Shown: one piece after another, positions 9,163 to 18,562 of the stretch
How the letters are laid out: every line of letters begins with the position of its first letter
Position numbering within the stretch: the stretch's first letter is position 1
DNA from: a virus
IMG/VR virus record: IMGVR_UViG_3300045988_152944
Strand: one strand, 5' to 3'
Length of the DNA: 64,000 nucleotides
Made by a program: the position numbers and the translations under genes
Notes under the pieces: model-generated
The model's database searches: none
What the model was told of the DNA's origin: nothing
Seen by the model: only the letters and a program-made list of their open reading frames with translations

Positions 9163-10422
9163 CTAGATTCGTGATGCAAATGGTAAATTGCGTACGTTTG
9201 ATACTGTAATCGACATTGCGCCCGAATAGTCCAAACTACACGATACGCCCTGTAACAAAAACCTCTCGTGGTCTAATCCGAAGAACTCATCCGTGATTTC
9301 GATCAAATTATTAACCGACAGCAGAGGATTAAAACTAATATTTGTACTTACTGACGACTTGAGAATCAATTGTTTTCTCAGCTCATATTTTGCCCTGTCG
9401 TCAGCCAAACTTTGCGACGTAATGTTACTATCGTTGACAACCGGCCCAGTTCTGTAACCAATTCGTTGATAGCAAAGCGGTGAAGTTGGATCGTCATTTT
9501 CTGCAATTGCAGTATAAACTTTTCCATCCACTGTTGCGCCTATAACAACGACACGGTTGACAATGCTATTAACCTGTAATCCAAACGACAGCCCTGAAAA
9601 ATCTCCATTGCTGTCAGTTAATTCACAGATAACAGGTTTGTCTATATCCAGCGTGGTTTCTTGTGTCGGTAATATTGTTAAATTACCATTAGAATTATAA
9701 AACATTTCTGCTGACAACTGGTTAGCCAATTCCAGCAAAATACTACCGAGAGTCTCACCCGCAGATTTGCTAATTTTAGATTGAGTTTTCTTCCCTTTAA
9801 AACTTGAGTGATAAATAATGGGGGCCGGATCCAAAGGGTATCCATTACCCTTTGAACCGAGCAAAATCCCTCTAATTGTATCTTCAATGTCTGTTCCTGT
9901 AGGAATCTCATAACTGGTCTCAAGTGTACCAGGTTTCCCCTCGAAAATCGAGAACTTGTCACCAGTCTGTACGGCGACGGTTTGGGAGTCTGGATCTTCC
10001 GACGGTGTCAGTGACGAGGCCACATAAACACCGCTGCGTTTCCAGATAATGCTCCCGTCATCTTTTTCAATACCCAAGTCGAGGGCGAATTTAGTTTCCG
10101 CCCATAGGGTGTTGACCGAGGGGGTATATTTTTTATCCGTATTATAGAGTGAAAACGATAACGAACGACGTTGACCATTTTGATATTGTTCACTATAAGA
10201 CGAACCACTTAATAGAATATCTTCATCGGGAATTTGATAATCGACTGTTTCGTCGGGATGAAGAAGGAAAATTCTATATCGGGGGCGCAAAATCGGAGAG
10301 TTGATTAAATCGTTAAGCTCTGGGATACTCACATTAGAATCTAAGTAAGTATCCCCACTCATAACACTTAATGATAATACATCTCCGCTCGCTAAACCAA
10401 TAGTTTTTATAATTCGAGCCAT
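9163..10422 (-). CDS. tail-tip/baseplate hub-like protein (420 aa)
   Basis: Start moved to the internal ATG at 10422 (MARIIKTIG...), preceded by AGGAGGTG. Size and position fit a Tal/hub-like component; assignment is by context only. Confidence 0.5.
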   Translation of the reverse strand: MARIIKTIGLASGDVLSLSVMSGDTYLDSNVSIPELNDLINSPILRPRYRIFLLHPDETVDYQIPDEDILLSGSSYSEQYQNGQRRSLSFSLYNTDKKYTPSVNTLWAETKFALDLGIEKDDGSIIWKRSGVYVASSLTPSEDPDSQTVAVQTGDKFSIFEGKPGTLETSYEIPTGTDIEDTIRGILLGSKGNGYPLDPAPIIYHSSFKGKKTQSKISKSAGETLGSILLELANQLSAEMFYNSNGNLTILPTQETTLDIDKPVICELTDSNGDFSGLSFGLQVNSIVNRVVVIGATVDGKVYTAIAENDDPTSPLCYQRIGYRTGPVVNDSNITSQSLADDRAKYELRKQLILKSSVSTNISFNPLLSVNNLIEITDEFFGLDHERFLLQGVSCSLDYSGAMSITVSNVRNLPFASRI

Positions 10423-10453
10423 TTTGCACCTCCTAAAGAATTGAAGAAAAATT

Positions 10454-11506
10454 TTAATTGTCGCCCGTAATAATTGTATCATCCAGTGAGGCAATTTGTG
10501 TCCAACTGAAATTGATTTTGTCGGGCTGATAACCGATGTTGTCGGTTGGTTTGTTTGAACCGCTGGTGATTTGCACAATGAAGGCTTGCCCTTTGCGGTC
10601 TTTGATTAATTTTGGATTTTTCGACGCCACAACTTTACGCCATTCTTGCAACATCATAACCTTTTGGTTGGTAGTTAAATGAGATTTCCAAGGAAGTCTT
10701 TCCAGATAACCTTGTGCATACGGAATCTTCTCCTCCTCGGTTAAACATCCCAAATTGATAATTTCGCTGCCCAAATAACAACTTACAGAACTGGAAATGT
10801 TATTCTGGCGGCCGTGAGCGAACCTCGGGAACTGACCAAGCGTCTTTTGTTCTGTTTTAGAAATGTTCTGCGCTTGATCGCCTGATTCTACGTCATATTT
10901 GAACAACCAAACGTTCGTCGGGTTTGCTATGTAAGCTTTTTTGATAGCTGGGCTGGCCGTGTCTATTTGAACCGGCGTGAGCTCTGTTAAGCTCCAGCAA
11001 TCCCAATCTACTTTTATTGGTTGTGCCAGTTTTTGAATCGCAGTTGGATTACCTTCGGCAGAGTAAGCAATATATTGATATTCTCGCCCAGCGGTGACGT
11101 TGAAGTCGTACACCGTCGTTTGAGTAGTTCCAATCGCCACCGGTGAATAGTACGTAATACCATCGGCCACCTCTTTTTTGTAAATCGAATAAGAGTTACC
11201 TGGAGTACCAGGAGCTATTTTATATACCCCATAATCGGCTTCTGCATGGAAAGTCTCGTCTGTGATTATCAAATAGCCAATTTCGCCATTGTCGTTAAAC
11301 AACTTAGTATAACTTGTAGGCGTTTGCACGTTTGTGGGAAAAGTTTCGCCGTCCCACTGTTTTTGGTAAAAATACGACACCTTTTGTTTGGTGTCATAGC
11401 CAATGGTATAAACTCCTGTATCTGCATTTGGTATATCGTACGTCTCAGACTCTGCGGAGCGACCAGAGAACGAAATTTCACAATATCTGTTTAATCCTTC
11501 TTTCAT
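10454..11506 (-). CDS. hypothetical tail component (350 aa)
   Basis: ORF whose ATG overlaps the upstream stop (ATGA at 11503-11506). Confidence 0.55.
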   Translation of the reverse strand: MKEGLNRYCEISFSGRSAESETYDIPNADTGVYTIGYDTKQKVSYFYQKQWDGETFPTNVQTPTSYTKLFNDNGEIGYLIITDETFHAEADYGVYKIAPGTPGNSYSIYKKEVADGITYYSPVAIGTTQTTVYDFNVTAGREYQYIAYSAEGNPTAIQKLAQPIKVDWDCWSLTELTPVQIDTASPAIKKAYIANPTNVWLFKYDVESGDQAQNISKTEQKTLGQFPRFAHGRQNNISSSVSCYLGSEIINLGCLTEEEKIPYAQGYLERLPWKSHLTTNQKVMMLQEWRKVVASKNPKLIKDRKGQAFIVQITSGSNKPTDNIGYQPDKINFSWTQIASLDDTIITGDN

Positions 11507-13248
11507 GATTGCCCCTCCTGTTCTTGTGTCTGTGTAACCTTGAGCGTAATATACGTCGAACCGTCGGGCTTTTTAAGGTACCAAGTTCCGGAATTGCCGT
11601 CAGTGCCGTCCTCGTATGAGAGGGTACAAGTTTCCAATCCTGTATATAAATCGTCAATATTTTTCATATAACAATCAATCTTGAGTGTTTTATTAGTTAA
11701 TTGTGGATGACGTTTGACTTGTGCCATATGGGTATCAGTGTCTTTGTTCCAACCTTCTACCCAGAATTTGGTATCGTCCCATGTGGCGGGCTCTTGGGTT
11801 TGCACTACGCGAGGCCCCGCCGGAGTATCGATTTGAACCCGTTTTAGGTCGGTCCAGACGTTGTATTGCCCGCCTGTGTTGGTCGGCTTCTCCTTCTGCA
11901 AACAACATATTCCAATTTCTCTCTTTGCTTTGGTGTTAATTAAGTCGTTGATGTTGGTATAGCTTATGAGTTCCTCACCCGTGTTTGGGTCAAACGGATG
12001 GGAATAATTTAAATATTCAAGCTCTGCGTTGCCATCCTTGGTTAAATCGCCCGTTGTGTCATCAGCCCAAGATTTAGGTTGCAAATAAAACGCTTCCGTA
12101 GTTGTTGTGGCTAGTGGGAACAAAGTTGATCCAACGCAATCAAGCGTAGTGGAGCTGCTCTTAATCGTGCATTTGAGACGGTTGCGCAGGGGGTTAAAGG
12201 AAGCAACTGGTTTATAACAAAGGCGACCTCCGATAGGCAAGTACATGTCCGACGGATTATAACTACCGGCCCAATACCACAAACCCGCGTACCTCGTGTC
12301 GCTCCAAGCACCGCCAACAGCAAGAACGGAGCTACTGACGTCCGTGTAGTCGCAAAAATAAGTTGTGTTGCCACTTCTGGCGATTTCTGTTACGTATTGT
12401 ATAAGTGGGTTGCGTCCGAGCGGTTCAACCTTTTTAATCCAGCCGTCACCCACCGAGCAGTTACCTTGATAAACGTACGGTGCATCAATTTTGCCAGCGA
12501 TATAAGACACAGGGTCTGTGCAAACGTAAACTTTGTCAGAGGAGAAAGATATACCGTCGCACCAAGTAAAAATATTACCCCACAAATTCTCAATACCGCG
12601 ATACTTACACGCATGTTTGCCATCGGCATTGCTTTCTGGTGAACCGGACGGAGTGATAACGCTGTCTGTGGCACCCGTATTTGTTGCTGCCGAGTTGTTA
12701 TTCACATAGCCGTACATAATCGACTGGCAATTGGTGGTTTTCATTTCGATCAACCATAGCTCCTTAATAATCAAGTCAATTAAAAAATCGTATTGTTGAT
12801 AACCTGTGCCGTTTGCTTTACACGCCGTGCGGAAATTATCGCAAGTAATCTTTGTAAGTACGGTTTGCCCGCTCTTGGAATAAACGCGCTCCGACGACCC
12901 ACTTCCCTCATATTTGCCAACCATTACATAGTCAATCTCTTTTTCTCCGATTTTGAACAAAGTGTCAAAGCCCTCATGTTTCGTTCCTGACAATTGGTGC
13001 TTATAGGTGCCATCTACGTTTTTCGTGATTTTGCTGTAAAACTTTGGGATTTTAACAAAAACATTCCCAAATTTGTCTGTCACCTCTTCAATATCGCTCC
13101 AAGGATAGCAACTATCAAAATCGCTTGTGATTTCCGAGGTGCCAACTGTTATATTCAATCCCACTGCATCATCCACACGTATAAGCGCATTGGGATCTTG
13201 AGAACCAACAAGGTTTACGCCGTAAATTTTTTCTATATTTCCTTTCAT
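11503..13248 (-). CDS. tail protein with a central FGE-sulfatase/C-type-lectin-fold-like domain (581 aa)
   Basis: YRGIENLWGNIFTWCDG and GGAWSDTRYAGLWYWAGSYNPSDMYLPIGGRLCY recall the GNVWEW...GGxW...AG...IGxR pattern of FGE/CLec-fold receptor-binding domains. Confidence 0.6.
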   Translation of the reverse strand: MKGNIEKIYGVNLVGSQDPNALIRVDDAVGLNITVGTSEITSDFDSCYPWSDIEEVTDKFGNVFVKIPKFYSKITKNVDGTYKHQLSGTKHEGFDTLFKIGEKEIDYVMVGKYEGSGSSERVYSKSGQTVLTKITCDNFRTACKANGTGYQQYDFLIDLIIKELWLIEMKTTNCQSIMYGYVNNNSAATNTGATDSVITPSGSPESNADGKHACKYRGIENLWGNIFTWCDGISFSSDKVYVCTDPVSYIAGKIDAPYVYQGNCSVGDGWIKKVEPLGRNPLIQYVTEIARSGNTTYFCDYTDVSSSVLAVGGAWSDTRYAGLWYWAGSYNPSDMYLPIGGRLCYKPVASFNPLRNRLKCTIKSSSTTLDCVGSTLFPLATTTTEAFYLQPKSWADDTTGDLTKDGNAELEYLNYSHPFDPNTGEELISYTNINDLINTKAKREIGICCLQKEKPTNTGGQYNVWTDLKRVQIDTPAGPRVVQTQEPATWDDTKFWVEGWNKDTDTHMAQVKRHPQLTNKTLKIDCYMKNIDDLYTGLETCTLSYEDGTDGNSGTWYLKKPDGSTYITLKVTQTQEQEGQS

Positions 13249-16200
13249 GCCTTATCGCCCCCTTGTAATGTTAAGAAATTTTCTGGCAACGCCAATGAAA
13301 TGCGTAATTTATCTGTGTTGCCAAAACGGTCACCAATATCAACCACATATGTGAAGATGTCGCCACAGAAGTTAGCATCCAACTCCACCTGTGTGTGGAA
13401 TTCTATGTTACCTTCCTTGTTGGTAACCATTTTACTTGGAGTTTGTGTGATATCAGTAATCTGATTAACTTTGTATTTAAAAAATCGCTTCAGTTGCGCT
13501 CCTTCTAAGGGGAGTGCCATTTTTGAAGCAGCCTTCCACGAGGGCGTTGGCACGAGGTTCCCTGTGGCGTTTACCTCATCAACCCCTTGCAAACCAACGT
13601 ATGGTGGTGCCGTTACCACACCATCAGCAGTACTAAGCTTGATTGCTTGATTATTTTCGTCCTTTGATAAAGCAGGATAACCATAATCTTGAATGCCCAA
13701 TTTAACCGAATGTGTCTTACAATCAAACTCTCCTGAAAACTGTGCTATCAAGTCGGTAGGATCGATAGTAACCTCAATCTTAATACCCATTAACAATATA
13801 TTACCAAGTTCGTCTTCTACGATTAACACAATATAGTAGACATTAGGTATCGCTTGATGTTGGTTAACCGCCTTAGACGTCGGTCCGTCTAATCCATAAA
13901 AGGTTGTTTTAATGGCGCCATCATATTGCTTGCCTGTATCTTGAATTATATTACCATACGCATCGACCAATAGCCAGCGATATGAAGTCCAAAATTTGTT
14001 TTGTGCTTGTAAATATTGACCACCGACTTCGATATAACGACGATCAACTTTTTGTGAACACAAAATCGGCACTGTTAAAATTTCTCCACCGGATTCTAAT
14101 AGAAACTCGTGTCCATGCTCGTTGGCGACCGCCAGATTCTCTAAAACCCAAGGTACGAGACGCGGTGAGTCATAAGCGTAAAACGGCGTTTCATCACTTG
14201 ATTTAAAATTGGTACGAATTTCATATTTTAATGGATTGATTGAGGAGTAAGACGCTGTTGATGCTGGCGATTCTGGGTTGTAGGTAACCGCCCAGTTAGT
14301 GGTGTCAACATCCGTAGCTTTAATAACCGTACCATCGGAAACATATAATCTCGCCCCCGCTTGTAGCCCAACAAACGGAGAAACATAGACCTTGCCAGCA
14401 CTATTTTTGAAAATCTCACCATGGAACTTATCGTCTGCGTCAGGGTAGATCGCCAAAGGTTCTTCTTCTGTAAATGTAATTGGGGCGCCTAAAGATAAGA
14501 TGTTGTTGTCACCGGTTGCTTCTGCTTTGGAAACGATATTTTGATTGGTAAACGAACCATCTTTGACGAAAAATACTTTGCCAATATACGAAGAAACCTT
14601 ACGATAGGCGTAAGCCATCAAAAATGTAAACTTAGGTATATTCTTGCCGTTAGCTCCTTTCGATGTGGTGAAATTAATCGTAAAATACCCCGTTAACGGG
14701 TTGGCCGTCGAATTTTCTTCATTCCAAATAAGCACCGACTGGCCGCCATAATCTGCCGTATAACTATCTTGTTCTTCGTCGTGTTTATAGTTGCATAAAG
14801 GGGTTGTCTGAAGTGCGTTGCACTTGGCGTTAAACTTGTCAATCTTGTCTTTGCCCTCAACCTCGTAAGAATAGTTCTCTTGAGTATAACTTGCTCCACT
14901 TGCTGTCAATGCAAAATTGATTGACTGATCGACAGAGTTTTGTGAGGTCATGTGTTCTGGATCGTTGGAATATTTATATACTGCGAAATGTGTGGCGGGA
15001 TTTACTCCATATAGGTCATCATTGCTAAAGCCGCGCGAATCCCCAGAAATGGGATAAATATGCCCTAGGCTCTGACTGTATGATTCTATATAAGTGCGTG
15101 TGCCCACCTGGGCAGATGGTGTAAGAAGAAGTTGATATTGCGCATTCTGATTTTGAATATGGTGGGAGTAATACACATTAACGCCATCAGTCCACACGTC
15201 ACGACCGGTGAATAATGTGAACCCTTTCCAAGTTTTTTCCGCCCATATCCCGTTTATCTTGTCTATCAATTGATAGTGCTCTATCCCCCCCGTAATAGCG
15301 TGGGAATAATAAACATTAACGCCATCAGTCCAAATGTCGGTACTATCAAATGACGTCAATCCGCCCCAAGTTTTAGATGCCCACGTATCGGTAAAATGAC
15401 CGTCGGTATCTTTAGTTAAATAATGAGTATACTTGTAATATATCTCATCGTTGGTTTGCCAAATCTCGTTTCCCGCCGTTGGGGTAATGCCATGCCATGT
15501 TTGAGATTCCCAAATGGCATTTTCGCCTAAATAATATTGTTGGTTGGTGTTTAGTGAATAATAAATCTTTTCTCCGTCGGTCCAAACGTATCGACCCTGA
15601 AAACTTGTCAGTGGTCCGTCCCACGTTATCTCTTCCCATTCGGAACTGTTTGGGTTAAGCCAATATTGATACAGGTAATCAGAATAATATATCTTGTTAC
15701 CATCAGTCCAAATGTCGGTGCTATCAAACGACGTCAGTTTGTCACCCCAGTCTTTTGTGTGCCACGTGGATGTGCTTTTGTCTAATTGATATTGTTGCTC
15801 GAAATGGGAGTAATATATGTTTTTTCCATCAGTCCAAACATAGCTTCCATCAAACTGTGTTAATACGCCCCATTCTTTGTTTGCCCACGTGTTCCCAGGC
15901 ACTTCTCTTAACAACTGCAACCATTGTTTAGCATAAATCTTATCACTTATCGGACCTTGAATTCTGTCTTCGGTTGAACCCAGAATTGTTCCACTAGTTA
16001 ACAGTGTGTCAAACTCGGAATCGGCCATTTCGTCGTAGTTGATTGTACGCGCAACAAGTTTTTGGGAACCTGCGTCCTCTGAAGCGGTAGGTTTCGGTTC
16101 TATAGTGATCCCTTTAGAACCGGAGTATAAGGTTATTTGCCATTTATATGTCTTGCCTTTGTTAGACAAAGATAGCTGGTGCTTGTCGCAATCTACCCAC

Positions 16201-16850
16201 ACACCGTCTGTGGATTCGACCCACTTCTCATTTTTGTATTGAAAAATGCTTCCCGCGTGTGTGTATCCACTTTTAACGTAGATAATATCATTTTCTGTCA
16301 GCGCAGGGGCAGCCGCAACACCAGATGTGGTTACGGTGTAGAGCTGGTCTTTGGCTACAACCGTATCCCCTACAAATATGAGAGACCCGTCAATCACCAT
16401 TGGTTCGTAGGTTTGAGAATCTTTCTCTTTTACATAAAGTTGGCCATTGTCACCTATTTTGAACTTGCGCCCTTCCGTTACTAATGGTTCTGACTGATAA
16501 TAATCCACATACTTTGTTGCCCTAAAATAAATTGCATTATAGGATGTGGTGATTTTGTCGTCAAAATGCTGAATAAATGGGATACGCAATTCGCTTCCAT
16601 TTAAACCATCTATATTTGTTACAATTGGTAATTCACTAATAGGGCTAATCTTATTTTTATTGCTCTTGTTTGGAAATACCAGCGTATTGTTTTCGTCGTA
16701 AACCTCAATCTTGTAACCCGTGATTGCAATATTTGACGTGTCAATTTGGCAAGTGAAATATTTTTCACCATCCGGGATGGTTAAATCCACGGGTTCAAGA
16801 TAAGGGTAACAATAAGTAGGTTTATAAACTGCCATTTGGACCTCCTTCAA
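13245..16850 (-). CDS. giant tail/receptor-binding protein containing six Trp-rich propeller-like repeats (1201 aa)
   Basis: Six copies of the same WTDGxNIYYS...YQL...W..KTW unit as in 4379-6415; ATGA overlap with the next gene. Confidence 0.8.
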   Translation of the reverse strand: MKEVQMAVYKPTYCYPYLEPVDLTIPDGEKYFTCQIDTSNIAITGYKIEVYDENNTLVFPNKSNKNKISPISELPIVTNIDGLNGSELRIPFIQHFDDKITTSYNAIYFRATKYVDYYQSEPLVTEGRKFKIGDNGQLYVKEKDSQTYEPMVIDGSLIFVGDTVVAKDQLYTVTTSGVAAAPALTENDIIYVKSGYTHAGSIFQYKNEKWVESTDGVWVDCDKHQLSLSNKGKTYKWQITLYSGSKGITIEPKPTASEDAGSQKLVARTINYDEMADSEFDTLLTSGTILGSTEDRIQGPISDKIYAKQWLQLLREVPGNTWANKEWGVLTQFDGSYVWTDGKNIYYSHFEQQYQLDKSTSTWHTKDWGDKLTSFDSTDIWTDGNKIYYSDYLYQYWLNPNSSEWEEITWDGPLTSFQGRYVWTDGEKIYYSLNTNQQYYLGENAIWESQTWHGITPTAGNEIWQTNDEIYYKYTHYLTKDTDGHFTDTWASKTWGGLTSFDSTDIWTDGVNVYYSHAITGGIEHYQLIDKINGIWAEKTWKGFTLFTGRDVWTDGVNVYYSHHIQNQNAQYQLLLTPSAQVGTRTYIESYSQSLGHIYPISGDSRGFSNDDLYGVNPATHFAVYKYSNDPEHMTSQNSVDQSINFALTASGASYTQENYSYEVEGKDKIDKFNAKCNALQTTPLCNYKHDEEQDSYTADYGGQSVLIWNEENSTANPLTGYFTINFTTSKGANGKNIPKFTFLMAYAYRKVSSYIGKVFFVKDGSFTNQNIVSKAEATGDNNILSLGAPITFTEEEPLAIYPDADDKFHGEIFKNSAGKVYVSPFVGLQAGARLYVSDGTVIKATDVDTTNWAVTYNPESPASTASYSSINPLKYEIRTNFKSSDETPFYAYDSPRLVPWVLENLAVANEHGHEFLLESGGEILTVPILCSQKVDRRYIEVGGQYLQAQNKFWTSYRWLLVDAYGNIIQDTGKQYDGAIKTTFYGLDGPTSKAVNQHQAIPNVYYIVLIVEDELGNILLMGIKIEVTIDPTDLIAQFSGEFDCKTHSVKLGIQDYGYPALSKDENNQAIKLSTADGVVTAPPYVGLQGVDEVNATGNLVPTPSWKAASKMALPLEGAQLKRFFKYKVNQITDITQTPSKMVTNKEGNIEFHTQVELDANFCGDIFTYVVDIGDRFGNTDKLRISLALPENFLTLQGGDKA
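15125..15885 (-). repeat. six tandem, diverged coding repeats of the WTDG-YYS-YQLD family
   Basis: Periodic motif in the translation at about aa 322-575; boundaries approximate. Confidence 0.7.
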
Positions 16851-17025
16851 TTACCGAGGAATCCTCGGCTGTTTTACCTTTTTTACTTTGAAATTTTTTG
16901 CACTCGGTTGGGCAAAATGAGATGCAATTCTTAATGCGGTCGCTTTCGGTTGCGGCACACAAATAAAAATTCCCATCGGGAATTAAAAATTTACATTTTT
17001 TATTAAATCGATTTGTGTCTGGCAT
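16822..17025 (-). CDS. small Cys-rich protein (67 aa)
   Basis: GGGAGG RBS upstream; Cys pattern CKF..LCA..NCISFCPTEC; 3' end overlaps the start of the 1201-aa gene by 29 nt. Confidence 0.4.
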   Translation of the reverse strand: MPDTNRFNKKCKFLIPDGNFYLCAATESDRIKNCISFCPTECKKFQSKKGKTAEDSSVIEGGPNGSL

Positions 17026-17107
17026 ATCATTGCCTCCCGAAGAAAAGTATTGTTTTATTTGTTGTCTGGGGGCTAATTAACTTAGCCACCCAGACATTAA
17101 AAATGAA

Positions 17108-18538
17108 TTAAGTTGTGGGTTCGCTATCATTTAGCGTGGTTTTAATTCCAAATAGTTTTATATCACCTGTGGATGAATTACGCGTAATCGAAACTTGTAA
17201 CATAATCTTCCATTGTTCTGCAGTCTTGGTCGCATTCTTAAAAACGTGATTTGCCCCCATTTTGACCGCCGTGGTCATATCTTCCCAAGCGGGTTGTGCA
17301 TCGTTGCCATTGTTACATACCAACACTTCTAAATCTGCGCCAAAGGGTTTGGTATAATCTAGTTCTACGTTAATTGCTGTAGGTTGTGTTATTGTGGATG
17401 GACTCGCAGTATATTTAAGTTGCAAAGTCGAGTTTTTGACAAAATGCTTCGTTTGTGTAACTGTTTGTTCACCCTTAATCGCGGTAATTTGAATGGCATT
17501 ATCTCCATTTGGTACAGCAGCCCATAGTTCATTTGTTAAAGCGAAGGTTTGTTCCTCATCCCCTGTTGCGGTATAACTACGCACTTGTGTTTGATTTAAT
17601 GTCTCAACCACGGTGACGCCGGTTGCATTAAGTATATTATACTTATAAACAAATGGAAAAACAAACGTGCCCAAGGGGTCGTTGTTACCAACAATCTCCA
17701 CAGGGTATTGAAGCTGGTATATCCCATCACTATCAGGCTGATCAGAAACAGGGAGCGTGGAGTTTAAGTTACACAGTGGCCGCACCCCGCCGTACCCGAT
17801 GTACGCATAATCGTAGTCCAGCGAACCAGCCGCAAGGACAATACGGACAAAGTACGATTTCGACGAATCTGGTGTTCTCAATAAATAATAGTGAGCTGAA
17901 TCCGCTGTAACGCTTGACGAGCCCGAATGACTGTTGTTATCTTCTGCACAATAGTTGGATATTTTCGCTATTCTAATTGCGTTTGTATTTGCTTGAAAGT
18001 ATTGTAACAGCGAGCCTTCCATAATCGAGTTTTCGGCTTGATTAAAAAGTTCTGCCAACGACGGTAAAAAAATCTTCCTTACAAGCGTGTCGTAACCGCC
18101 ATCGTCCGTTACGGTGTTGCGTGCGACCTTGATTGTGGTGTCTTGAATTGCAGAAACAAATCTTGCGTCAAAACCCGTCAAAAACCCTGCGTCCGTGTCA
18201 TAAGGGTTTTGTGACACAACGTTCGTGCTGTTTGGAGACTGGTCTGTCGCGTGTTGTGGGGAATACCATTGTCCCGCAGAAGCCGTCGAGTTCAACCAAT
18301 GATCTATGTTCGATACGGAATAGCGGTTATTGCCGTAATCTCGTCTATTGCTGTCCGTGTTGTTCGGCTCTTTTGCGTCAAACGCACGCAGTAAAATGAG
18401 TTCGTCCGTGATGAGCGTTGTCGAGTTTTCGGGATAACCCGTATGATTTTGGTCGCACTTGAGAAATACGATATCCCCCATCACAGAGTGTGGTACTTTT
18501 ATTTTTGCCCCGATGGGCAGACTTCCTAATGTTGCCAT
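17108..18538 (-). CDS. tail-associated protein with DUF6273-like N-terminal domain (476 aa)
   Basis: The pattern ...NRYSVSNIDHWLNS...IFLPSLAELF...YYLLRTP...GGVRPLCNL recalls the DUF6273 family common in Bacillota prophage tail genes (from memory). Confidence 0.55.
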   Translation of the reverse strand: MATLGSLPIGAKIKVPHSVMGDIVFLKCDQNHTGYPENSTTLITDELILLRAFDAKEPNNTDSNRRDYGNNRYSVSNIDHWLNSTASAGQWYSPQHATDQSPNSTNVVSQNPYDTDAGFLTGFDARFVSAIQDTTIKVARNTVTDDGGYDTLVRKIFLPSLAELFNQAENSIMEGSLLQYFQANTNAIRIAKISNYCAEDNNSHSGSSSVTADSAHYYLLRTPDSSKSYFVRIVLAAGSLDYDYAYIGYGGVRPLCNLNSTLPVSDQPDSDGIYQLQYPVEIVGNNDPLGTFVFPFVYKYNILNATGVTVVETLNQTQVRSYTATGDEEQTFALTNELWAAVPNGDNAIQITAIKGEQTVTQTKHFVKNSTLQLKYTASPSTITQPTAINVELDYTKPFGADLEVLVCNNGNDAQPAWEDMTTAVKMGANHVFKNATKTAEQWKIMLQVSITRNSSTGDIKLFGIKTTLNDSEPTT

Positions 18539-18562
18539 AATTGACTCCTCCCATCTAATTTA

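Noticed and set aside
9163-10578. The longest-ORF start codons at 10578, 33432, 35901, 45148, 45863 and 61694
   Set aside because: The N-terminal extensions overlap upstream genes or have no RBS. Internal ATGs at 10422, 33324, 35841, 45115, 45731 and 61664 have strong AGGAGG-type RBSs and native-looking N-termini matching paralogs.
11503-13248. A diversity-generating retroelement (DGR) locus
   Set aside because: Only a VR-like CLec-fold motif is present. There is no reverse transcriptase ORF, no recognisable template repeat in the window and no NNC codon bias. It is kept only as a low-interest item to check genome-wide.
17064-17095. Hairpin GTCTGGGGGCT…AGCCACCCAGAC as a rho-independent terminator
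   Set aside because: The stem is reasonable, but neither strand has a following T tract. It may be a stabilising or processing hairpin; the evidence is not enough to annotate it.
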